A stretch of DNA of 64,000 nucleotides, taken from IMG/VR virus record IMGVR_UViG_3300048693_000367, positions 1 to 64,000 of that record. One strand, written 5' to 3'. Shown here piece by piece: positions 18,129 to 28,056 of this stretch. The notes under the pieces are model-generated. The model was given only the letters and a program-made list of their open reading frames with translations, had not been told where the DNA came from and did no database searches. The position numbers and the translations under genes are program-made. Position 1 is the first letter of the stretch, and each line of letters begins with the position of its first letter. The DNA comes from a virus (Duplodnaviria > Caudoviricetes).

Positions 18129-18333
18129 GTCTTTATTTTGGCACGTTAGCAGAGGATTACCAAAAAGCGATAAAAAAACCTTATCTTATAGATTCTCTGT
18201 GTGTGTGGATTGTGATCAATACGATAAAACGAATAAAATATGTTGTATTTGTGGATGTAACATATCCGATAAAAGTATATTTGTAAATAAATTGGCTTGG
18301 GCCGACCAAAAGTGTCCACTACAGAAATGGTAA
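18097..18333 (+). CDS. small Cys-rich protein
   Basis: R..VCVDC...CCICGC....K......CPLQKW. Confidence 0.7.
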   Translation: MFLIKLQTFLKSLFWHVSRGLPKSDKKTLSYRFSVCVDCDQYDKTNKICCICGCNISDKSIFVNKLAWADQKCPLQKW

Positions 18334-18386
18334 AATAGTGGTGTATAATACAATAATAGCCAACAACACTAATTAAAGAGGACAAG

Positions 18387-19004
18387 ATGGGCGTTAAAAT
18401 TCAACTACGCAGAGATACAGCAACAAACTGGTCAACTATCAACCCTATATTAGCCCAAGGCGAACCTGGCTATGAAACAGATACTGGTAAACTAAAATTT
18501 GGTGATGGGTCGCTACACTGGAATGATTTATCGTATTTTGCTGATGGTGCATCATTAACTATTGAACAAATAGAGGACACATTTGGTACATCGTTTTTGG
18601 TGGCTGGTAGTGGAATTATTTTAAACTATAATGATAATGGTAATTCTCTAACTATTAGCGCAAGTGGTGGAGGTGGCGGATCAACAACAGTAGTAAACTT
18701 AACTTTTAATACATCATTAAATACCGACGCTAGCTCTGGAGATATTTTTGATGTGACGTTAACTGATAATGTAACAATTAATAATCCAACCAATCCTGTT
18801 AATGGCAAAACTATTAGATGGAGAATCAGCCAAGACGGATCTGGTAATCGTTCTGTGACTCTTGGTGATAAATTTGTTATTCCAAGTAGCGCATCATCAC
18901 CATTACCTTGGAGTACAGAACCAAATAAAATGGACATATTCGCCGCCACCTATCACTCTGGTCGTGACAAGTGGGATGTTGTTGCGTTCGTTCCGGGGTA
19001 TTAA
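18387..19004 (+). CDS. tail fibre/spike-associated protein with hyaluronidase/Mtd-type N-terminal anchor domain
   Basis: IQLRRDTATNW...LAQGEPGYETDTGKLKFGDG...WNDL is a common phage fibre N-terminal domain. Confidence 0.8.
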   Translation: MGVKIQLRRDTATNWSTINPILAQGEPGYETDTGKLKFGDGSLHWNDLSYFADGASLTIEQIEDTFGTSFLVAGSGIILNYNDNGNSLTISASGGGGGSTTVVNLTFNTSLNTDASSGDIFDVTLTDNVTINNPTNPVNGKTIRWRISQDGSGNRSVTLGDKFVIPSSASSPLPWSTEPNKMDIFAATYHSGRDKWDVVAFVPGY

Positions 19005-19051
19005 TAATATATATAAAAATTAAATTTTACTTTTACTTTAAGGAGACTACT

Positions 19052-19366
19052 ATGATTCTAGCTAATCCTATCACAATCACACCACCAAGCATCACCAAAA
19101 AAGATGGAAGTGTTAAAACTTTTAATCCAATAACTCTTACTGAACTTGATGTTACCATTATTGATAATTCTACTAGAAAGAGCGTGGTGGCTCAAATTCG
19201 TCCAGTACCAATGCCACTAGTATTATGGAGCGGGGCTGATTATGATGTTGCTGGTGATTATACTCAGGCTCAAGTTGAAGCTAGAGTTCTAGAACTACTA
19301 GGAAACGAACCGGCCAAGGCTTTAGAAAATTTGTTTGTTCCACCAGCTCCTCCGGTTAGAAAGTAA
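19052..19366 (+). CDS. hypothetical protein, possible fibre chaperone
   Basis: AAGGAG RBS; located in the fibre block. Confidence 0.7.
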   Translation: MILANPITITPPSITKKDGSVKTFNPITLTELDVTIIDNSTRKSVVAQIRPVPMPLVLWSGADYDVAGDYTQAQVEARVLELLGNEPAKALENLFVPPAPPVRK

Positions 19367-19372
19367 TAAATT

Positions 19373-20134
19373 ATGGCAACTCTGTACTTCAACGCCGCCG
19401 TCGATAGCGATTGGAACACGCTGGGCAACTGGTGGCTGGACGATACGTTCACCACGCCAGCGACGAGTTTGCCGACGAGCGTTGATGACGTTGTTATCAA
19501 GGCCAACGTATCCAGCAATAGCGGCAGCGATCCCACAGTTGCGAATCTGTTGATGCAGAGCGAAACATTCATCGCGCTCGGCGGCATGACGCTGACAGTT
19601 ACCGGGTTCTGCACGTTCAACGGCTGGTTGTACTACTACGGCACCATCTATGGCGACTGCACGTGCACGTTCGACAACGGTGCGCGCAACTATGGCACCA
19701 TCACCGGAGACTGCACGTTCGACACCGGCACGCAGAACAACGGCAGCATCTATGGCGACTGCACGTTCAACGACGATTCGACGAACGAGTTACCCGGCAT
19801 CATTACCGGCACCTGCACGTTCACCGACAATTCGCCCAACTACGGCACCATCTATGGCAATTCGTACAACAAAAACTACTATGGCGGCGGGCAGGGCGGC
19901 AGCGTCATCGGCAACTGCACGTTCAACGACGGTTCAGTCAACGACGATAACGCCTATGTCTTTGGAGATTGCGTCTTCAACGACAGTTCTCGCAACAGAG
20001 GTAACGTCACCGGTAGTGCGACGTTTCGCGGCTCGTCCTACAACAAACGCGGCATCTATGGTGATGTAATTCTTGCCTACGAAAAGGGCATCAACGGTAG
20101 TAGCATTCTTGGAATAGTCAGCTCCTCCAGCTAG
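19373..20134 (+). CDS. beta-solenoid repeat protein, copy 1 (putative adhesin/receptor-binding)
   Basis: DSDWNTLGNWW N-terminus; about 9 repeats of GDCTFNxxSxNxGTIx; GC-rich codons. Confidence 0.85.
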   Translation: MATLYFNAAVDSDWNTLGNWWLDDTFTTPATSLPTSVDDVVIKANVSSNSGSDPTVANLLMQSETFIALGGMTLTVTGFCTFNGWLYYYGTIYGDCTCTFDNGARNYGTITGDCTFDTGTQNNGSIYGDCTFNDDSTNELPGIITGTCTFTDNSPNYGTIYGNSYNKNYYGGGQGGSVIGNCTFNDGSVNDDNAYVFGDCVFNDSSRNRGNVTGSATFRGSSYNKRGIYGDVILAYEKGINGSSILGIVSSSS

Positions 20135-20147
20135 AAAGTAATAAATT

Positions 20148-21053
20148 ATGGCAACTCTGTATTTCAACGGTGCTGTCGATAGCGATTGGAACACGCTGGG
20201 CAACTGGTGGCTGGACGATACTTTCACCACACCGGCGACGAGTTTGCCGACCAGCGTTGATGACGTTGTTATCAAGGCCAACGTATCCAGCAATAGCGGC
20301 AGCGACCCCACAGTTGCGAATTTGTTGGTGAATGGCCCAGCACAAATGGGTTTCGGCGGCATGACGCTGACAGTTACCGGACTCTGCACGTTCATCAATG
20401 CCTATGTCATAAACAACAGCACGATCACCGGAGACTGTGAGTTCAACGACGGTTCGTACAACATCGGCACCATCACCGGCACTTGCACGTTCAACGGCTA
20501 TTCGTACAACAGCGGCACCATCTATGGCGACTGCACGCTCAACGGCTATTCGCTGAACAACGGCACCATCACCGGAAACTGCACGTTCAACGACGGTTCG
20601 ACGAACACCTTAACCATCACCGGAGACTGCACGTTCAACGACGGTTCGTACAACTTATTCGGCACTATCACCGGCACTTGCACGTTCAACAATTCGTACA
20701 ACGACGGCCCTATCACCGGCGACTGCACGTTCAACGACGGTTCGTACACCTGGAACAACAGCACCATCACCGGAGACTGCACATTCAACAGTAACGCCGT
20801 CAACTACGGCACCATCAACGGCAACTGTACGTTCAACGTAAACTCGCGCAATGACGCCATGACGTTTTATCCCTTCAGCACCGGCACCATCACCGGAGAC
20901 TGCACGTTCAACAACAGTTCGTTCAACGACGGCACCATCTACGGCAACGCGACGTTTCGCGGCTCGTCCTACAACAAACGCGGCATCAATGGTGATGTGA
21001 TTCTTGCCTACGAAAAGGGCATCAACGGATCATCCATTCTTGGAATAGTATAA
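20148..21053 (+). CDS. beta-solenoid repeat protein, copy 2
   Basis: N- and C-termini nearly identical to copy 1; about 12 repeats of 16 aa. Confidence 0.85.
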   Translation: MATLYFNGAVDSDWNTLGNWWLDDTFTTPATSLPTSVDDVVIKANVSSNSGSDPTVANLLVNGPAQMGFGGMTLTVTGLCTFINAYVINNSTITGDCEFNDGSYNIGTITGTCTFNGYSYNSGTIYGDCTLNGYSLNNGTITGNCTFNDGSTNTLTITGDCTFNDGSYNLFGTITGTCTFNNSYNDGPITGDCTFNDGSYTWNNSTITGDCTFNSNAVNYGTINGNCTFNVNSRNDAMTFYPFSTGTITGDCTFNNSSFNDGTIYGNATFRGSSYNKRGINGDVILAYEKGINGSSILGIV

Positions 21054-22051
21054 TGCCACCATATACCAAAGGAAATAGATTATATAAAAATAAATTACGA
21101 TATAGCATTTTGCCCATTAATAAAAATATTATCTCTAATCATATTAATTCAGCCACAGCCTCTAGACTACTTAATAAAAACGCATCAACAGATCGTTTAG
21201 TATACTCTAGTCAAAATCCATATGGTGGAGTTGGCGATGCTGGAATATGGGTTCGCAATCCGTCTTGTTGGATAAACGGAGTAAACAATATTAGTTGCTT
21301 TAGTCCAGCACAACGTAGCGGAGCAAATTGGTTTCAAAGAGGCGGCACGCTAATAACCAGAAAACACGTTTTATTTGCAAAACACTTTAAAACTAGCATA
21401 CTACCAAATGGTGGAACCCCACTCATATTTGTGGATGAAAACAATAATGCTATACGACGAAATATTATACAATATGGTGATGATATTTCTGGTAGTGACA
21501 TTTCTATAGCTTTGCTAGACAGTGAAGTACCAAGCAACATCAAAATAGCAAAAGTATTACCTCCTAATTTTACAGACTATATTAATTGTACCATTAGCAC
21601 CATTACCACTCCACTCACCGAGCAAGGAGATATTAATTTAGATCCATTATTATATGCTGTGGCGCTGGACCAACAAGAAAAAGCCGTATTTAAAATATGC
21701 TATAGTTTTGCTAAAAAATTCAGCACAGGATTCGTATCGTCAACTTCTATCATGGCCCTTGCTAATCTTTTCGATTCTAACCAAATTGCATCATATGGAT
21801 CCACAACTCCCGACCCTAATCAATTTGCTAGTTTTTGCGAGGCTGTGGTTGTTGGAGATAGTGGAAATCCCATGTTTTTAATTATAGATAATGAGCTTAT
21901 AGTTTTATCAGCTTGGTTCACACCACATTCTGGAACATTCATAACCAATAGATATAACGAAGTTAATAGTCTTATAGAAACTTTAAGCCCTGGAGAAGAA
22001 TACTCTTTAACGCCTATCGATTTAGAATTAGTCTATCATAAATATAGTTAG
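21053..22051 (+). CDS. divergent trypsin-like serine protease domain protein
   Basis: GTLITRKHVLFAKH, SDISIALL, GDSGNP. Confidence 0.65.
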   Translation: MPPYTKGNRLYKNKLRYSILPINKNIISNHINSATASRLLNKNASTDRLVYSSQNPYGGVGDAGIWVRNPSCWINGVNNISCFSPAQRSGANWFQRGGTLITRKHVLFAKHFKTSILPNGGTPLIFVDENNNAIRRNIIQYGDDISGSDISIALLDSEVPSNIKIAKVLPPNFTDYINCTISTITTPLTEQGDINLDPLLYAVALDQQEKAVFKICYSFAKKFSTGFVSSTSIMALANLFDSNQIASYGSTTPDPNQFASFCEAVVVGDSGNPMFLIIDNELIVLSAWFTPHSGTFITNRYNEVNSLIETLSPGEEYSLTPIDLELVYHKYS

Positions 22052-22115
22052 CCAATTTGCTTTTAGTGTATATCTAAATAGAAAAATTATCTATTAATAA
22101 CAATGGGGCCAAATT

Positions 22116-22514
22116 ATGAGTGCCGGACTATATAATTTTAATATTGAGCAAGGAACCAGTTTTACTTTATCTCTTATTTACAAAGATAATAGCGGAAATC
22201 CAGTTGATCTTACCGGATGGTGCGCCCGCTTGGTCTGGAAAAGTTCAGTGGGTGTTGAAACCTTTACAACAGAAACAACCAATGCTAATTATAGATTTGA
22301 TATTGATGAACCTAATGGTAAACTAACCCTACAGTTTCCAGCTTCTGTTACCAACAATTTTAGCTTTTCTACTGCTAAATATGATATAGAACTACAAAGT
22401 CCAAACGACTTATATCTTGGTGGTGGTAAATATACTACTCGTTTATTATCTGGCACTATTACTTTAGTGAAACGCTTTAGTCAAACAAATACCACTCTAG
22501 AGTGTGCAGTATGA
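22116..22514 (+). CDS. virion structural/baseplate-type protein
   Basis: YNFNIEQGTSF...PVDLTG...AKYDIEL...LLSGTI pattern common in phage tail/baseplate proteins. Confidence 0.65.
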   Translation: MSAGLYNFNIEQGTSFTLSLIYKDNSGNPVDLTGWCARLVWKSSVGVETFTTETTNANYRFDIDEPNGKLTLQFPASVTNNFSFSTAKYDIELQSPNDLYLGGGKYTTRLLSGTITLVKRFSQTNTTLECAV

Positions 22515-24892
22515 GCGATAATATTGTAGAAATTACAGAAACATCTGAATATACTGTTATTGTTGATACTAGTTTAGTAGTCAATGATAATAATATTTCT
22601 ATACAACTAGAATCTCCTAATACTATTGAAATCTCAGACAGCGATATTGTATTAGTTAGCGATATACCTCCAGGATATCCTATAAGCTATACAACAGGAG
22701 ACTTGCCAGTTAGTAGGGTGAGTGGATTAATTGGAGAAAGTGGAATTTATTATAACGATGGGAATATTGGTATTAGTGGTATTCCTTATGATCTAATTCC
22801 TGTTCATGATATAGTTGGCGGTAGCGGATTATCTGTAACTAGTAATAGTGGAATTTTTACTGTTGCTGTTACTGGAACTTTTGGATTAACAAGCGAACAA
22901 GTGGACGATAGAGTAAGCAGTTTACTAGTAGCAGGATCTAACATAGTTTTAAATTATGACGATAATAATAATAGTTTAACAATATCCACAAGCGGCCTTC
23001 AACCTAGTGGCGATTATAGCGTAGTGGGTCATTCTCATTCATCAACAGATATTAATGATTTTAATATTGCAGTTAGTGGTTTAATTCCACCTAGTAATTT
23101 CTCATCATTATCCGGGGTTAGTGGTATAGTTGTTACCAATAGTGGCACAGATTATGTGGTAGCATTAAGTGATCCAACCATCCAGTTGGCCGATATTACC
23201 GATCTATCTTCGGATGGTCGCACATTTTTATTATCGCCCTCAAGCTCTAATCTGCAAAACCTAATAACCAATGAAACTGGTAGTGGTTTATTAGTATTTA
23301 ATGATAGTCCAGCTTTTAGCGGAATACCAACAGTTCCAACAGCTCCCAGCGGAACCAATAATACTCAGATTGCTAATACTAGTTTTGTGCGAAATGAAAT
23401 TAGTAATCTTGTTAATTCGGCTCCAACTACTTTGGATACTTTAAATGAATTAGCTGCTGCGCTGGGTAATGATGCTAATTTTGCTACTACTATCGCCAGC
23501 GGATTAAGTCAAAAGGCTAACTTAGTTCATTCTCATTTTAGTAGTGATATTACAGACTTTAACAGCAGTGTGAGCGGATTACTACCGGTCAAAAATGTGA
23601 TAGGTAGTGGATATGTAAATGTATCAGATTCCAGCGGAGTTTATACTATTGGTATTAGTGGACTACAGCCTAGCGGAAACTATAGTATTGTAGGACATAC
23701 TCACGACTATAGTGATATTACTAACTGGGCTAGTGGAATAGAGGCGGAAGTTAGTACTTTATTAGTGGCTGGAAATTATATTAATATAGATTATGATAAT
23801 TTAGCAGATACTTTGACTATCAGCACTACAGGACTTCAACCCAGCGGCAATTACAGTTTAGTTGGTCATACTCATACTAGTTTATACATAACCGATTTTA
23901 ATAGTTCTGTTAGCGGACTACTCCCAGTTAAAGATATACTTGCTGGTTCTGGAATTAGTATTGGAGCAAGTAGCGGAGTTTATACTGTTACAGCATACGG
24001 AGTAGCAGCAGCTAGCGCATCGGCTCTTGTTACAGAATGTGATAATATGACAGGGGCCACAATTTCTAAAATGAGTGTGGTTTATATAAATGGCGGTCAT
24101 GGTAATAGGCCAACTATACAAAAAGCTATTGCTGATAGTGAGACTGGATCTAGTAAAACATATGGCCTTACCGCTAGTGCTATTAATGATAATCAAACCG
24201 GTAATGTTATATCATTCGGATTATTGATAGATGTTAATACTGATCAATTTGGAGTATCAGAAGGAAGCACACTATATCTTAGTCCAACAGTTTCTGGAGC
24301 TATAACAACAACCAAACCAACTGCTCCATATCATATGGTAACTGTTGGTAAAATTGTGCGTAATCACGCTAATCAAGGAATTATTGCTGTTAATATACAG
24401 AATGGCTTTGAATTGGGAGAATTACACAATGTTGCCACAAACGGAACAACAAATGGTCAATTTTTACAATACAGCAGTGCCAGTGGTTTATGGGTTCCTA
24501 CTAGTAGTGGCAATTTTACATCATTAAGCGTTAATGGTACTGGAGTTAGCATTAGTGGACATACTCATACAGTATCCAATATTACTGATTTTAATGTATA
24601 TTTAGAAAAATCAATTGTTCCACACTCAACCGCAGCCAATATCTCTGCTAGTGGATCCTCTCCTATAGAATACGTTTATATTTTTAGTGATTTAGCCACT
24701 AATTATGCTCTAATTCTACCAAACGCAGTTAACAATAAAAGCGAGTTTACGCTTAAAAATAACACAATTGGCACAGTGTATTTACAAACTTCTGCTGGTC
24801 AAACAATAGACGGATATTCTGATATCGGACTAAATAGACGATACATGAGTATTAGTGTAATTAGTGATGGGTCAAATTGGATTATCGTCTAA
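22511..24892 (+). CDS. long tail fibre protein
   Basis: APTTLDTLNELAAALGNDANFATT fibre motif; repeated GLQPSGNYSxVGHTH (HxH) and DFNSSVSGLLPV modules. Confidence 0.85.
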   Translation: MSDNIVEITETSEYTVIVDTSLVVNDNNISIQLESPNTIEISDSDIVLVSDIPPGYPISYTTGDLPVSRVSGLIGESGIYYNDGNIGISGIPYDLIPVHDIVGGSGLSVTSNSGIFTVAVTGTFGLTSEQVDDRVSSLLVAGSNIVLNYDDNNNSLTISTSGLQPSGDYSVVGHSHSSTDINDFNIAVSGLIPPSNFSSLSGVSGIVVTNSGTDYVVALSDPTIQLADITDLSSDGRTFLLSPSSSNLQNLITNETGSGLLVFNDSPAFSGIPTVPTAPSGTNNTQIANTSFVRNEISNLVNSAPTTLDTLNELAAALGNDANFATTIASGLSQKANLVHSHFSSDITDFNSSVSGLLPVKNVIGSGYVNVSDSSGVYTIGISGLQPSGNYSIVGHTHDYSDITNWASGIEAEVSTLLVAGNYINIDYDNLADTLTISTTGLQPSGNYSLVGHTHTSLYITDFNSSVSGLLPVKDILAGSGISIGASSGVYTVTAYGVAAASASALVTECDNMTGATISKMSVVYINGGHGNRPTIQKAIADSETGSSKTYGLTASAINDNQTGNVISFGLLIDVNTDQFGVSEGSTLYLSPTVSGAITTTKPTAPYHMVTVGKIVRNHANQGIIAVNIQNGFELGELHNVATNGTTNGQFLQYSSASGLWVPTSSGNFTSLSVNGTGVSISGHTHTVSNITDFNVYLEKSIVPHSTAANISASGSSPIEYVYIFSDLATNYALILPNAVNNKSEFTLKNNTIGTVYLQTSAGQTIDGYSDIGLNRRYMSISVISDGSNWIIV

Positions 24893-24929
24893 AAGGTGTA
24901 TATTATACTACAGCAACACAGAGGATCAT

Positions 24930-25259
24930 ATGACATATTTTCCCCAAAACCCAAACGGTCAAAACACAAACGAGAATAGTTCTCCAGTAACTATTAGTAG
25001 TGATCAAATAGGTCTAAATCAACTAGCCTCAGAAGAAGCAAATATTCTTTTGAGACGAATAGTTAAATTATTGGAAAGTAATGCGGTAGTTGATAGTGCA
25101 AATAGACAAAAGGTGGCAATCGAGGGCACATCAACGGTTACTACCGTGTCAACTGTTTCTAACATAACGGCGGTCGCAGGATTAGATCAAAGACAATTCA
25201 TAGACATTTCTCGCAACACATATGCAAACTGTATTCGCAGCAAACTTAATTTTTCTTAA
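24930..25259 (+). CDS. hypothetical virion-associated protein
   Basis: GAGG RBS; GGTGTAT motif upstream. Confidence 0.65.
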   Translation: MTYFPQNPNGQNTNENSSPVTISSDQIGLNQLASEEANILLRRIVKLLESNAVVDSANRQKVAIEGTSTVTTVSTVSNITAVAGLDQRQFIDISRNTYANCIRSKLNFS

Positions 25260-25279
25260 TATAATAGGACAAATAAATT

Positions 25280-27886
25280 ATGGCTTTAATTAATACTCTA
25301 AGAACCCAAGTAGACCTTCCGGTATGGGAATGGTTAAGATTTGCTCCAGCAGCATCCTCTGCTGTGAGTTCGGCCTGTTCTGCGGACAATAGTTTATATC
25401 ATGTTAATCACGGAAGATATATTTATTATTTAATTGGTATTAGTAGTTTTTGGAGATACGACACATACACTGATACATATTTACAACTAGCGAGTCCAGT
25501 TGTGACTCCAACAACATTTAGTAGCATGAAATTTGCTGGCGCTGCTGGTCATAATGGTAGAGTTATTAGTGCTACTTCTAATACTATCACAACAGATACT
25601 TTATATGATAAAATTTTAAAGGGATTTGATATTAAGATAGTTGGCGGAACCGGTGCTGGTCAACAAAGAACCATAGTAAATGTTTCAGATGTTGTTGTTG
25701 CCGACACTGGCGTATCAACCGCTGTAACAAATAGCACATCGTTAGTTAGAATCACCGACACGACTAAAAATTGGGCCATCAATCAGTGGGTAGGATATCA
25801 AGTAAGAATTTTATTTGGTTCTGGTATCTCTCAAATTAGAAAAGTTTTATATAATGACGCCACAAGCGTAACGTTGGCAGATATTAACCAATTAGCACAG
25901 AATGTTGATGCGATGGCCCCAATGGCCACCACTATTACTGCCGCGGCAGGATCGCAGTCAATATATACCATAGAGTCTGGCACTATTACCGTAGACTCCA
26001 ACTGGACCACACAACCAGACGAAACATCAAGATTTGTTATTCAGTCTGGTGGCATATATCTATATACAAACGCAACACCAAATTTAACATACTATGATAT
26101 TGCTGCTGATATTTGGTATTATCGCACAGCGCAAGGCAGCGTTCTTAGTAACATTACCCCAACAGACAGCACCATAGAAAGAACAACAGAAAATTCGTCT
26201 ATATGGTCAAAGGGTGCAGCAACTTCTGGAACAACAACCTCTTTGGTTGATACATCAAAAAGCTGGACACCAAATCAATATGCTGGTTACTGGGTTCGTA
26301 TTTTTAGTGGAACTGGTGTTGGACAACTTAGACAAATAGTTTCTAATACTAATAATACGCTAACGTGGAGCAACACTGGTACTGCCCCCGATTCAACTTC
26401 TCAGTATATGATAGAAGGTTTTGATGCTGGTACAGCATCGTCTGGAACCAGCACGTCCATTACCGACTCGTCAAAAAGTTGGTCAACCAACAGATGGGCA
26501 AATTATGCTGTTATTATTACTGGTGGCACCGGCGCTGGTCAACAGAGAGTTGTTCTTAGTAATACGGACACATCTATAACTGTTGCGACACCTTTTGATG
26601 TAACACCAGATAATACATCAACCTTTAAAATCCAAGGAGATACTGATCTTTTATATTTGGCTTTTGGCGCACACGCTAGTATTTATAGTTATTGCATAGA
26701 AGAAGATATGATTGTGGGCAACAAAAAAATAGATGGCGGCGTTGCAAGAAGTGGTGCGGCAGCATATGGGTCGCATAAACCCATAGCCATATCATCAACA
26801 ACAAGGTCTGGAACAACAGCTACTGTAACAACGGTACAGAGTCACAACTTTAAAACCGGATACTCTGTTACTCATTCTGGTGCAACAGGAGTTGACGCCT
26901 CTTTATATAACATAACAGCAACAATTACTGTTACTGGCGCTACAACCTATACTTATACTATGAGTGGAACTCCTTCGGCTAATGCTACATTTACGGCTCA
27001 CAGCTCTACCACATTGGTTGATTCTACAAAAAATTGGACAACAAATCAGTGGGCCGGATATGTTTGTTATATGACAACATCATTAAGCGCATCAGGAACC
27101 GGCCAATCTTTTAGAATAGCTTCTAACACAGCTAATTCATTAACTTTTACTACATCGGTAACCACCACGCCAGTTAGTGCCACAACGAAATATATTATCT
27201 CAAAACCAAATGCTTTTGGAGCATTAGACAATGGTATCGCAATCGGTACACATTCTACAACAACGCTGCAAGACACATCCAAAAACTGGGTTACAAACAT
27301 TTGGGCCGGTCGCAGAGTAAAGTTTACTGGTGGTGCCGGTGTTACACAAGAGGCTACTATCTCATCTAATACGGCCAACACGTTAACATTTTCTGCTGCG
27401 GTAACAACGGCGCCAACAAGTAACAACACAACCTATTCGATTCTAGCCCCAGTTGCAAAGGGTATAGGTCTTAATTTTACATGGAATTATGGTGTTTCAG
27501 AGGCTACCAAAAAGGGTAATCATCTAATTATATCTAGAGGTGGCGGCTCTCTTGGTTTTGAAAGATATAACATTAATACCGATACTTGGGACTTGATTTC
27601 AACCACGCCACAAACAGAAACGCTCGGTGGTAGCTCACAATATGCTTATGATGGTAATAACCGTATTTATTTTAGTAAAGATTTAACACAAAGATGTTAT
27701 TATCTAGACTTAGATACTAATACCTTACATGGCGCAGGATTATTTCCTTACACCCCATCAACAACAAATACCGGATTAGGTATAGGCAATAGAATGGAAA
27801 TTTTTGAAACCCCAGATCATTTAAAATATTTGTGGATAAATCGACAAACCGGTGCGGAGTGTTTTAGAGCCTTATTGTTTTACTAA
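25280..27886 (+). CDS. large Thr/Ser-rich repeat virion protein
   Basis: Five or more repeats of T(S/T)LxDxxKxWxxNxWAGxxV..GTGxGQ; propeller-like FWRYD/FERYN ends. Confidence 0.75.
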   Translation: MALINTLRTQVDLPVWEWLRFAPAASSAVSSACSADNSLYHVNHGRYIYYLIGISSFWRYDTYTDTYLQLASPVVTPTTFSSMKFAGAAGHNGRVISATSNTITTDTLYDKILKGFDIKIVGGTGAGQQRTIVNVSDVVVADTGVSTAVTNSTSLVRITDTTKNWAINQWVGYQVRILFGSGISQIRKVLYNDATSVTLADINQLAQNVDAMAPMATTITAAAGSQSIYTIESGTITVDSNWTTQPDETSRFVIQSGGIYLYTNATPNLTYYDIAADIWYYRTAQGSVLSNITPTDSTIERTTENSSIWSKGAATSGTTTSLVDTSKSWTPNQYAGYWVRIFSGTGVGQLRQIVSNTNNTLTWSNTGTAPDSTSQYMIEGFDAGTASSGTSTSITDSSKSWSTNRWANYAVIITGGTGAGQQRVVLSNTDTSITVATPFDVTPDNTSTFKIQGDTDLLYLAFGAHASIYSYCIEEDMIVGNKKIDGGVARSGAAAYGSHKPIAISSTTRSGTTATVTTVQSHNFKTGYSVTHSGATGVDASLYNITATITVTGATTYTYTMSGTPSANATFTAHSSTTLVDSTKNWTTNQWAGYVCYMTTSLSASGTGQSFRIASNTANSLTFTTSVTTTPVSATTKYIISKPNAFGALDNGIAIGTHSTTTLQDTSKNWVTNIWAGRRVKFTGGAGVTQEATISSNTANTLTFSAAVTTAPTSNNTTYSILAPVAKGIGLNFTWNYGVSEATKKGNHLIISRGGGSLGFERYNINTDTWDLISTTPQTETLGGSSQYAYDGNNRIYFSKDLTQRCYYLDLDTNTLHGAGLFPYTPSTTNTGLGIGNRMEIFETPDHLKYLWINRQTGAECFRALLFY

Positions 27887-27900
27887 CTAAAGATATAATC

Positions 27901-28056
27901 ATGTTATTATTAGAAGCTCTTAATATTGTTATAGACTTAGCCACAAAATCAAGTGCGAACAATTCTGGTGTTCCTAAACAGAGAGAAGAAGAAGCAATAG
28001 AACTAGTACAAAAAACAGTTTTAGAGCTTATCAATCGTTCTGAAGAAAACGCTTAA
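27901..28056 (+). CDS. small hypothetical protein (51 aa)
   Basis: MLLLEALNIVIDLA...; below the ORF-track cutoff. Confidence 0.45.
   Translation: MLLLEALNIVIDLATKSSANNSGVPKQREEEAIELVQKTVLELINRSEENA

Larger units (their letters stand above)
19344..21053 (+). repeat. tandem gene duplication (unit starts 19344 and 20119) with internal ~48-nt coding repeats
   Basis: CAGCTCCTCC.G.TAGAAAGTAATAAATTATGGCAACTCTGTA at both unit starts; repeated GG.GACTGCACGTTCAAC. Confidence 0.95.

Noticed and set aside
19650-20803. Alternative-frame ORFs (19650-20069, 19663-19950, 19934-20398, 20483-20794, 20546-20803)
   Set aside because: Shadow frames left open by GC-rich repetitive codons; no RBS and implausible composition
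19605-20990. CRISPR array
   Set aside because: The repeats are in-frame, degenerate coding units without unique spacers; the Cas4-like gene at 62273 is a solo replication-block nuclease
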